This document shows positions 40,095 through 48,037 of a stretch of 64,000 nt of DNA, piece after piece. Position numbers and translations under genes: made by a program. The notes beneath the pieces are model-generated. The model did not search any database, was not told the DNA's origin, and worked only from the letters and a program-made list of their open reading frames with translations. Position 1 is the stretch's first letter. The number at the start of each line of letters is the position of its first letter. The DNA is from an uncultured Thermodesulfobacteriota bacterium (GTDB lineage: Bacteria > Desulfobacterota > JBBIRW01): positions 72,597 to 136,596 of the forward strand of contig CAZDGM010000002.1 in assembly GCA_964505185.1 (NCBI GenBank). Reading direction: 5' to 3'.

Positions 40095-40430
40095 TCACCC
40101 CTTCATTGCAGAGATTATTTTTAATGCAAGAAGGATATCGCCCTCCACAATCAATTTCCCATTGAAAAATGCACTTTTATAGGAAAGCTCCCCTTTTAAG
40201 ATCTTCTCAAAATCTCCTGAATCAATACTGATTGTTACATCAGCATCATCAGCCTTATTCTTATATATTGCTGTATCCTCTCCATCTATTGAGATGGTAA
40301 ATGAATCCGCATTTTTACCTGTGATCATTATCTGGATCACTGCCTTGAGCTCTTTTATCAAATGGCCCTTTTCTTTGAATCTTTCCATCATCATTTTCTT
40401 TAATATATTGTATGTATTCCCTTCATCCAT
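40095..40430 (-). CDS. SCP2 sterol-carrier-like domain protein
   Basis: 111 aa ending ...FFNGKLIVEGDILLALKI, typical of SCP-2. Confidence 0.6.
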   Translation of the reverse strand: MDEGNTYNILKKMMMERFKEKGHLIKELKAVIQIMITGKNADSFTISIDGEDTAIYKNKADDADVTISIDSGDFEKILKGELSYKSAFFNGKLIVEGDILLALKIISAMKG

Positions 40431-40549
40431 TATCCATTCCTTAAAAATTTTAAATTATCCCCGATATTACACCATAATATCTCGTGATTAGCAATTGAAA
40501 AAAATCGGCAAAATGATAAAATTAATTAAAATAAGCCTGTTTTATTTTA

Positions 40550-42436
40550 ATGGCGAAGTTATTGCCCTTTCCTATAAAGAGCATAAGGTTCAAGGTCCTC
40601 TCTTCTGTAGTAATTGTGCTTACCATCGTAATGGGAATTATATTTTCCATACAGTACTACCAGTATCGCAAGGAACTTATAGAAAGGCTTGGCCTTTCAT
40701 CCACACCACTTAGCGATGTTATAAAGGGAAGTCTCAAGCATGCAATGCAAACAAGAAATATGGAAGCCCTGGAGCAGATTATAAGAAATGTGAGTATGCA
40801 AAAAGGGGTTGAAAAGGTATTTATATTTGACAAAAAAGGCGTGATAAAGGTCTCTCCGGATGAGCAGGACATAGGGAAAAGGGTCGAGATTAATGATAGA
40901 ACCTGCCAGATATGCCACAAGTATGAGCCGGATAATAGAAACAAGACTGTTATCTTTACGGTCTCAAAAAATAAAAGGATATTCAGAAATGTAAATCCTA
41001 TCCTAAATGAACAGGAGTGTCATCGCTGCCACAATCCTCTTGACAAAATAAATGGCGTTCTTATCAGTGATTTCTCAATGGCTGAGGTGGACAGGGAACT
41101 TTCCAGCAAAATGAGGCAGATGATTATCTCCCTCATAATAACACTGACATTAACGATAATAACAATTACCTTTCTGATGAACAGAATGGTAATTAACAAG
41201 CTTGAGAAAGTTGCCTTAGCAACAAAATTACTCAGTAAAGGGAATCTTGAATTCAAGGTTGAGATGAAGAGTGAAGATGAGATAGGGGAACTTGCGGATT
41301 CATTCAATCAGATGGTTGAAAATCTTAAGAAGATGAAAGAACTCAGAGAGAGAAAAGAGTTACTCGAAAATGTTTTATCAAATATAAAGGAATCAATAAT
41401 TATAATTGACCATGAAGGAAGGATTATTTCGATCAGCAAGACCGCTGAATCGATGTTTGGCTACAGATCAGATAACATACTTGGATCCCATTATACCGAA
41501 CTTGGCGAGGAAAGGATGAGGGCATGGGCAAAGGCCTCAAGAAAAATAACAGTTTGCGAAGAGGTCCAGATGAAAGCGGGGGAAAGATTCTTTCCCGTAT
41601 CCTTTACCCTTACACCACTAATGGATGAGCAAAACGAAATAGTGGGATTTATTGAAATAACCAGGGATCTCACGGAAGAAAAAACAAAAGAACTCCTTCA
41701 GAAACAGTTGATACACTCTGAGAGACTTGCTGCTATGGGAAGACTTGCCGCAGGTGTTGCTCATGAATTGAATAATCCACTTGGTAATGCACTTTTATAT
41801 GCGAGAATCCTTCTTGAAGAAATCACACCTGAAAGTCCATATTACAGAAATGCCCAGAAGATTGTTGATAATATCATGAGATGTAAAAAGATAGTTTCAA
41901 ACCTCCTTGATTACACACGTCAATCCGAAGTTCATATGGAATTGAACGATATAAACAGGATTATCAAAAAGGCTGTGAAGATGCTCTCCAATGAGCTTTC
42001 CATAAATAATATTGAATGTGAGCTTGTCCTTTCGGAAGATCTTCCTCCGGTGCTTTGTGATAGAAACCAGATTCAGCAGGTCTTCATAAATCTGATACAG
42101 AATGCAATTGAAGCCGTTGGAAATGATGGAAAAATAAAGATCTTTTCGGCAACCTCCGACAATGATAGTAAAACATTGCTATTTGGTGTATGGGACAATG
42201 GGCCAGGGATCGATCCCGATATTATTATAAGAATTTTTGAGCCTTTCTATACAACAAAAGAAAAGGGGACAGGACTTGGTCTATCCATATGTGAAGGAAT
42301 AATCAAGAGGCATGGAGGAAAGATACGGGTTGAAAGTCCTCCCTCTAAAAACCCGTTCAAGAATGGGATTATTCCTTCAGAAGGAACACTTTTTGTTGTG
42401 GAGCTTCCTTATGTTAAACATAATATGGTTTGCTAA
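40550..42436 (+). CDS. Sensor histidine kinase with periplasmic di-heme c-type sensor domain, HAMP, PAS, HisKA, HATPase_c
   Basis: 628 aa; TM1 around residues 16-36 and TM2 around 190-212. The periplasmic loop holds CQICH (40904-40918) and CHRCH (41018-41032). HAMP (LSKGNLEFKVEMKSEDEIGELADSFNQM), PAS, H-box AHELNNPLGN and C-terminal ATPase motifs follow. Confidence 0.8.
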   Translation: MAKLLPFPIKSIRFKVLSSVVIVLTIVMGIIFSIQYYQYRKELIERLGLSSTPLSDVIKGSLKHAMQTRNMEALEQIIRNVSMQKGVEKVFIFDKKGVIKVSPDEQDIGKRVEINDRTCQICHKYEPDNRNKTVIFTVSKNKRIFRNVNPILNEQECHRCHNPLDKINGVLISDFSMAEVDRELSSKMRQMIISLIITLTLTIITITFLMNRMVINKLEKVALATKLLSKGNLEFKVEMKSEDEIGELADSFNQMVENLKKMKELRERKELLENVLSNIKESIIIIDHEGRIISISKTAESMFGYRSDNILGSHYTELGEERMRAWAKASRKITVCEEVQMKAGERFFPVSFTLTPLMDEQNEIVGFIEITRDLTEEKTKELLQKQLIHSERLAAMGRLAAGVAHELNNPLGNALLYARILLEEITPESPYYRNAQKIVDNIMRCKKIVSNLLDYTRQSEVHMELNDINRIIKKAVKMLSNELSINNIECELVLSEDLPPVLCDRNQIQQVFINLIQNAIEAVGNDGKIKIFSATSDNDSKTLLFGVWDNGPGIDPDIIIRIFEPFYTTKEKGTGLGLSICEGIIKRHGGKIRVESPPSKNPFKNGIIPSEGTLFVVELPYVKHNMVC

Positions 42437-42467
42437 ATATGGATTAGAATAAACAAGGAGGGAAAGA

Positions 42468-43850
42468 TTGTCGGAGATCTTTCATGGAAGAAAAATTCTA
42501 ATCGTTGATGATGAAGAGGATACACTCGAGGCATGTTCCCATATACTGGGAAAACTTGGGATTCACGTGCAGACCGCAAATAATGCCACTCAAGCACTAC
42601 GACTGATTCGCGAAAATTCCTTTGACATTGTAATTGCTGACATAAAAATGCCCGGAATGGATGGTATTGAGCTTTTGAAGAATCTTAAAAAAATCGATCC
42701 ATTAACAAGGGTCATAATGATAACTGGATATGCGACCATTGAAAGCGCAGTTGAATCAATGAAGGCAGGTGCATTTGATTATATTTCCAAACCATTTACA
42801 ACAGATCAGCTAAGGGCTGCTGTAAAAAGGGCCCTAGAAAATCTGGATCTTATTACTGAGAACAGGGAGTTAAGGGAGAGACTCAGAGGGGTGGAAAGAG
42901 AGCTAACTTTTATTGCTTTCAGTGAATCCATGAAAAGGATTCAGGAGCTTATAAAAAAGGTTGCAGAAACAGATTCAACAGTTCTCATACTTGGAGAAAC
43001 GGGAACAGGGAAAGATCTCGTTGCAAAGCAGATCCATCGAATGAGCAACCGGGCAAATGAACCATTCATTACTGTCAACTGTGCAGCAATCCCTGCAACA
43101 CTTCTTGAAAGTGAGCTGTTCGGACATGAGAAGGGAGCTTTTACAGGCGCGAACAGAAAGAAAAAGGGGCTTTTTGAGCTTGCTGATGGCGGAACCATCT
43201 TTCTCGATGAGATAGGGGATCTCAGTATTGACCTTCAGGGAAAACTTCTCAGGGCTATTGAGGAAAAGGCCATCATGCCCCTTGGAAGCGAAAGAAAAAT
43301 ACATATTGATGTGAGGATAATTGCAGCAACAAACAGAAACCTTATTGATGCAATCAGGCAATCAAAATTCAGGGAAGATCTCTACTATCGACTCAATGTT
43401 TTTCCTATATATCTGCCTCCATTGAGAGAAAGAAGGGATGATATAATACCCCTGGCCTCACATTTCCTTGAGAGATATAACCGCAAGCATGGCAAGCAGA
43501 TATATGGGTTTAAGAAGGAAGCCCAGGAGGCTCTACTCTCTTATAGCTGGCCAGGCAATGTAAGGGAGCTTGAGAATTTTATCGAAAGGGCGGTTATACT
43601 TGAAGAATCTGAAACAATAGGTCTCGATTCATTGGGTGGTGATCTTATAAGATATATATCTTCCTCAAATCCCCCGTATCCACTTTCATATAGGGAAAGG
43701 GATATGGAGGAATGGCCTTCCCTCGATCATCTTGAAAAAACCTATATATTGGAGGTCCTCAAGGCAACAAAATGGAACAGGAAGAAGGCTTCAAGGATCC
43801 TTGGTGTAAGCACTGTAACCCTCTGGAGAAAGATCAGGGATAAAAAATAA
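42468..43850 (+). CDS. Sigma-54-dependent response regulator (NtrC family)
   Basis: 460 aa with REC (ILIVDDEED...IADIKMPGMDG), AAA+ (GETGTGKD, GAFTGA) and a C-terminal HTH. Confidence 0.9.
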   Translation: MSEIFHGRKILIVDDEEDTLEACSHILGKLGIHVQTANNATQALRLIRENSFDIVIADIKMPGMDGIELLKNLKKIDPLTRVIMITGYATIESAVESMKAGAFDYISKPFTTDQLRAAVKRALENLDLITENRELRERLRGVERELTFIAFSESMKRIQELIKKVAETDSTVLILGETGTGKDLVAKQIHRMSNRANEPFITVNCAAIPATLLESELFGHEKGAFTGANRKKKGLFELADGGTIFLDEIGDLSIDLQGKLLRAIEEKAIMPLGSERKIHIDVRIIAATNRNLIDAIRQSKFREDLYYRLNVFPIYLPPLRERRDDIIPLASHFLERYNRKHGKQIYGFKKEAQEALLSYSWPGNVRELENFIERAVILEESETIGLDSLGGDLIRYISSSNPPYPLSYRERDMEEWPSLDHLEKTYILEVLKATKWNRKKASRILGVSTVTLWRKIRDKK

Positions 43851-43991
43851 TTTCATTTTGTAATCAATCCTTCTTAATGATCCCTTTCAAAATGTAATCT
43901 AAAGGGGATCAATCATTGAACCCATAAAGGCCCGCATAAAATTTTCCCTAATATTTCAACAGAATAACATTTCAATTCTCATAAAAACCCA

Positions 43992-44007
43992 TGGCATGAA
44001 GATTGCG
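43992..44007 (+). promoter_or_regulatory. Sigma-54 promoter (-24/-12) for the cytochrome/molybdoenzyme operon
   Basis: TGGCAT-GAAGA-TTGCG has exact GG-N10-GC spacing and is a near-consensus match to TGGCAC-N5-TTGCA. It lies about 30-45 nt upstream of the first operon gene and right after an NtrC-family activator gene. Confidence 0.55.
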
Positions 44008-44037
44008 ATTCTTTCTGGTAAAACCCCTTTTTAATGG

Positions 44038-44415
44038 ATGCTTGTAAATATGAAAGTATTTGGAAGAAGGATAATGATAGTTGAGGATGTAGCGGAAAGA
44101 AGGGAATTAATCTGCAGATTCTTTACTTCCCACGGCTATGAGGTATACCCCACAGATAACGTTGTAAAAGCATTGATGGCATTCCTGGAGGAACCTTTTG
44201 ACATCATTGTTATCAAGGGAGATCTTCCGCTTCTCTCTGGTCCGGAGGCTGCCTTAATTATGAGAAAACTCCATCCAATGGCAAAAATTTTTCTAACGAT
44301 GGATGAGAATTCCGAAAAAGGTCTCATTGTTAAAAAGGAGGAAATCGAATACTTTCCATATGTCCCTGAACCCGTGGACATGAATTCTCTATCAAGCATT
44401 CTTGAGGAAATATAG
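44038..44415 (+). CDS. Receiver-domain-like protein, probable pseudo-receiver
   Basis: 125 aa with a CheY-like fold pattern (RIMIVEDV...FDIIVIKGDLPLLSG). A Lys sits at the position expected for the phospho-acceptor Asp. The start may instead be the ATG at 44050. Confidence 0.55.
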   Translation: MLVNMKVFGRRIMIVEDVAERRELICRFFTSHGYEVYPTDNVVKALMAFLEEPFDIIVIKGDLPLLSGPEAALIMRKLHPMAKIFLTMDENSEKGLIVKKEEIEYFPYVPEPVDMNSLSSILEEI

Positions 44416-44437
44416 GGGAAAAGAAAAGGAGAAATCT

Positions 44438-45571
44438 ATGAAGAAAGGAAAAATGTTAGCAATGGCAATTATTCTTGCATCATTATATACTTCGTCATCT
44501 CATGCCGGTAATAATTCATCAACTATTCCTGAATTCACAAATAGTTTTGAATGCGGAAAATGCCATATCGATGTTTATAGAAACTGGACTGTTTCCATGC
44601 ATGCACTATCTTTACAGAATCCTATCTTCAGGCTCGCTTATCAGGAAGCCTATACAAAAACATCGGGAAAAGCAAAATTCCTGTGCCTTGGGTGCCATTC
44701 ACCAACAGTTTCTATAACCGGTGATTTTGAACTGGTGAAAGAGATAAGCAGAGAAGGAGTGACATGTGATTTCTGCCATTCAATAAAGAATTATATAGGT
44801 AAAAAGAAGAGATATATCGTCGAGCCAGGGCCTGTCAAAAAGGCTCCCGTGAGAAGATCGTCTTCTGTATCTCATAAAGTTGAGTTTTCTCCGCTTCACA
44901 GTTCGTCAGAAATATGTGCGGGATGTCATGATGGAAAAAATCTAAAAGGCCTCCCTGTTAGAACTACATATACTGAATGGCTTAAATCCAGATATTCTAA
45001 AGACGGAATAACATGTCAGCACTGCCACATGAAGCGAACAATAGTTAAGTACAGAACTGCTTCAGATAGTAGATCTGCTTCAAAGGCTGTAAGAAGTCAT
45101 TATTTCCTAAGAACAATTGATGATATCAAGAAAGCTGCAATTGTCGAGATAAAAAACATAGAAAGGAAAGACAATAAGATGATTGTTTCAATTTCAATCG
45201 CAAACATCGGGGCCGGTCATTTCATTCCAACAGGAAGCCCTTCAAAAAAACTCATCCTGAGGGTCTCAGCAAAAAATCAGATGAATTATTATACCATCCA
45301 GGAAAAAACTTTTGGCATGAAGGTAATCGATGAAAAGGGAATAGAGCTCCATACGGAACCCGAGATTATGTTGAGAGGGTCAGCCATAAAAATTGATGAG
45401 AGAATACCTCCACAAGGAAAAGTTATTGAACTATTGGAATTCGATTTTCCAAAGGATCAATATGCTGTTGTCACTGCTCAGCTTATATATCTGTACAGAC
45501 CACTGATTCTGGATGAAACTTCAATGAGGGTGGAAATCGCATCTGACCAAAAAATTTCTCCAGCAAGGTAA
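44438..45571 (+). CDS. Periplasmic pentaheme c-type cytochrome
   Basis: An AAGGAG RBS precedes the ATG at 44438. Signal peptide MKKGKMLAMAIILASLYTSSSHA. Five CxxCH motifs (CGKCH, CLGCH, CDFCH, CAGCH, CQHCH). The C-terminal ~150 aa has no hemes and looks beta-rich. Confidence 0.75.
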   Translation: MKKGKMLAMAIILASLYTSSSHAGNNSSTIPEFTNSFECGKCHIDVYRNWTVSMHALSLQNPIFRLAYQEAYTKTSGKAKFLCLGCHSPTVSITGDFELVKEISREGVTCDFCHSIKNYIGKKKRYIVEPGPVKKAPVRRSSSVSHKVEFSPLHSSSEICAGCHDGKNLKGLPVRTTYTEWLKSRYSKDGITCQHCHMKRTIVKYRTASDSRSASKAVRSHYFLRTIDDIKKAAIVEIKNIERKDNKMIVSISIANIGAGHFIPTGSPSKKLILRVSAKNQMNYYTIQEKTFGMKVIDEKGIELHTEPEIMLRGSAIKIDERIPPQGKVIELLEFDFPKDQYAVVTAQLIYLYRPLILDETSMRVEIASDQKISPAR

Positions 45572-45575
45572 CCAG

Positions 45576-46160
45576 ATGAAAAAAGCAAAAAGATATGCAA
45601 TGCTCATCGATCTCAGAAGATGTATTGGCTGCCACAGCTGCTCAGTTTCATGCAAGGCAGAAAATCAGGTTCCATTGGGCGTATGGAGAACATGGGTAAA
45701 ACAGGTTGAAAAGGGAATTTATCCAAATGTAATCAGAATATTTCTTCCACTTCTATGTAATAATTGTGAACGTCCTGTTTGCAAAACTGTATGTCCTGTA
45801 AAGGCAACATATCAAAGGGAAGATGGCATTGTTATGATAGATCCCCATCGATGTATTGGGTGTAAATATTGTATGGCCGCATGCCCATATAATGTCAGAT
45901 ATGTTGATCCTATTAAGAAAATTGTCCAAAAGTGCACATGGTGCTATAGAAGGGTGGATGCTGGTGATCTTCCTGCATGCGTAAAAACATGCGTTGGAGG
46001 CGCGAGAATATTTGGTGACATAAACGATCCTGATAGCGAAATTTTCAGGCTTATCTCGATAAATTCGGTTCAGGTAATAAAACCCGAGAAGGGAACCTCA
46101 CCGATGGTCTTCTACATAGATCTCGATATTACCGCAGTAGAGGCGAGGGAGAATGTATGA
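45576..46160 (+). CDS. 4x[4Fe-4S] electron-transfer subunit of a molybdoenzyme complex (PsrB/NrfC/DmsB family)
   Basis: 194 aa with four Cys clusters: CIGCHSCSVSC, CNNCERPVCKTVCP, CIGCKYCMAACP and CTWCY...C. Confidence 0.85.
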   Translation: MKKAKRYAMLIDLRRCIGCHSCSVSCKAENQVPLGVWRTWVKQVEKGIYPNVIRIFLPLLCNNCERPVCKTVCPVKATYQREDGIVMIDPHRCIGCKYCMAACPYNVRYVDPIKKIVQKCTWCYRRVDAGDLPACVKTCVGGARIFGDINDPDSEIFRLISINSVQVIKPEKGTSPMVFYIDLDITAVEARENV

Positions 46161-47059
46161 ATGAAGCAGTAAGAGTTGTATACAATATTCATCATGAAAT
46201 TCCACTTGGAGTATTGATAGCAAACTATTTTTATTTTACCGGGTTGAGTGCCGGATCCTTTATTCTCTCAACCCTTGCATACGTATTCGGCATAAATAAA
46301 TACAAGCCTATAGCAAAAACAAGTGTAATACTTGCAACTTTACTTCTTATTCTTGCACCAATAAATCTCCTTATTGACCTTGAACAGCCATACAGGTTCT
46401 GGACACTCTTTTATTACATAAATCCGACATCGGCAATATCATGGGGCTCATTTTTACTAACCCTTTATCCATTGAATTGTATCATTTATGGATTTTTCAT
46501 GTTCAAGGGAAATGAAAAGATGACAAAATTATTTGGTATCCTGGGAATACCCCTTGCTATCTCTGTTCACGGATATACAGGATTTATACTTGCCCTTGCC
46601 AGAGCAAGAGATCTCTGGCATACACCCCTGATGCCAGTTCTTTTTCTCGTTTCAGCTATGGTATCAGGAATAGCGCTTACTATCCTCGTTATCTATGTTA
46701 AGGACAGATTCTTTAGCCCATTAATGAAAGCCAATGAAGAGTTAATCATAGATCTTGGAAAGATACTCGCTTTTTCAATAATCCTTGATCTTTCTCTTGT
46801 GTTTGCAGACATTATTGTTATGTTTAATTCAAATCCAGAGGCATTACAAATTGTTGATAGGGTTCTTTTCGGTAAATTTAAAAATCTATTTCTCGGCATC
46901 GAAATTACTCTTGGATCACTGATACCACTTCTCATACTTCTTTCACCATTAAGAAAAAATATAACGCTTGTAATAATTTCTTCACTTCTCGTTATGATTG
47001 GAATATTTGCCATGAGATATGTTGTTGTTGTTGGAGGACAGATCATTCCACAGATATAA
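46157..47059 (+). CDS. NrfD/PsrC-family integral membrane quinone-interacting subunit
   Basis: 300 aa with about 8 predicted TM helices. Its start overlaps the FeS gene stop (ATGA). Confidence 0.75.
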   Translation: MNEAVRVVYNIHHEIPLGVLIANYFYFTGLSAGSFILSTLAYVFGINKYKPIAKTSVILATLLLILAPINLLIDLEQPYRFWTLFYYINPTSAISWGSFLLTLYPLNCIIYGFFMFKGNEKMTKLFGILGIPLAISVHGYTGFILALARARDLWHTPLMPVLFLVSAMVSGIALTILVIYVKDRFFSPLMKANEELIIDLGKILAFSIILDLSLVFADIIVMFNSNPEALQIVDRVLFGKFKNLFLGIEITLGSLIPLLILLSPLRKNITLVIISSLLVMIGIFAMRYVVVVGGQIIPQI

Positions 47060-47071
47060 AGGAGGTAAAAT

Positions 47072-48019
47072 ATGAATGGATCAAAAAATATTTTTTATGA
47101 CTTTCAACTTAAAAAAACAAATCTCGGAACATTTCGAGGAAACCCCATTTCCATAGTTATTTTAATTGTCTGCATCAGTTTGAGTATTTTAACAGCTTTA
47201 AATTATAAATTCATACTTTCATCAGCTATTATAGTCATTGGTATACTTTCTCTTCTAAGTATCAAAATAGCAGCACACTGGGAAAGGGCTGTTGTTTTAA
47301 GGCTCGGCAGATTTATTGGATTCAGGGGGCCAGGTATCTTCTTCCTCATCCCCTTCATCGATACCATTCCATACTGGATTGATCTGAGGATTATAGCAAC
47401 ACCCTTTAAAGCAGAACAAACTTTAACCAAGGATAATGTTCCTGTTGATGTTGATGCCGTATGTTTCTGGAAGGTTGTGAATCCTGAAAAAGCAGCGCTC
47501 GAGGTTGCAGACTACCATGAAGTTATAAGCTGGGCTTCTCAAACTGCATTGAGGGATGTCATAGGTAAAAGTCTTCTTTCGGAAATGCTTGTTGGGAGGG
47601 AAATGATCGATCTACAGCTAAAAGAATTGATAAAGGAGAGAACAGAAATGTGGGGAATTTATGTTGATTCTGTTGAAATAAGGGATGTGAATATCCCAGT
47701 ACCTCTTCAGGATGCCATGTCCATACAGGCGCAGGCTGAAAGGGAAAGGCAGGCAAGACTTATCCTTGGTGAATCTGAAACACAGATTGCTCAGAAATTC
47801 GCAGAGGCTGCAAAGGCTTATATAAATAATCCCACAGCGTTGCATCTCAGGGCAATGAACATGCTTTACGAAGGTTTCAAAGATAAAGGAACACTTGTTA
47901 TCGTTCCAAGCACAGCCGTTGAAACAATGGGATTGGGTGCGATCCTTGGCGCCTCATCACTTACGAAAATATCGATACCATCTTCGGACACAGAACCTGT
48001 CTCAAAGGGTTCTCAGTAA
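47072..48019 (+). CDS. SPFH/band-7 (stomatin/prohibitin-like) membrane protein
   Basis: 315 aa with an N-terminal TM followed by an SPFH domain (ERAVVLRLGRFIGFRGPGIFFLIPFID...) and a coiled-coil region. Confidence 0.8.
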   Translation: MNGSKNIFYDFQLKKTNLGTFRGNPISIVILIVCISLSILTALNYKFILSSAIIVIGILSLLSIKIAAHWERAVVLRLGRFIGFRGPGIFFLIPFIDTIPYWIDLRIIATPFKAEQTLTKDNVPVDVDAVCFWKVVNPEKAALEVADYHEVISWASQTALRDVIGKSLLSEMLVGREMIDLQLKELIKERTEMWGIYVDSVEIRDVNIPVPLQDAMSIQAQAERERQARLILGESETQIAQKFAEAAKAYINNPTALHLRAMNMLYEGFKDKGTLVIVPSTAVETMGLGAILGASSLTKISIPSSDTEPVSKGSQ

Positions 48020-48037
48020 TAAAGGGAGTGTAATAAC

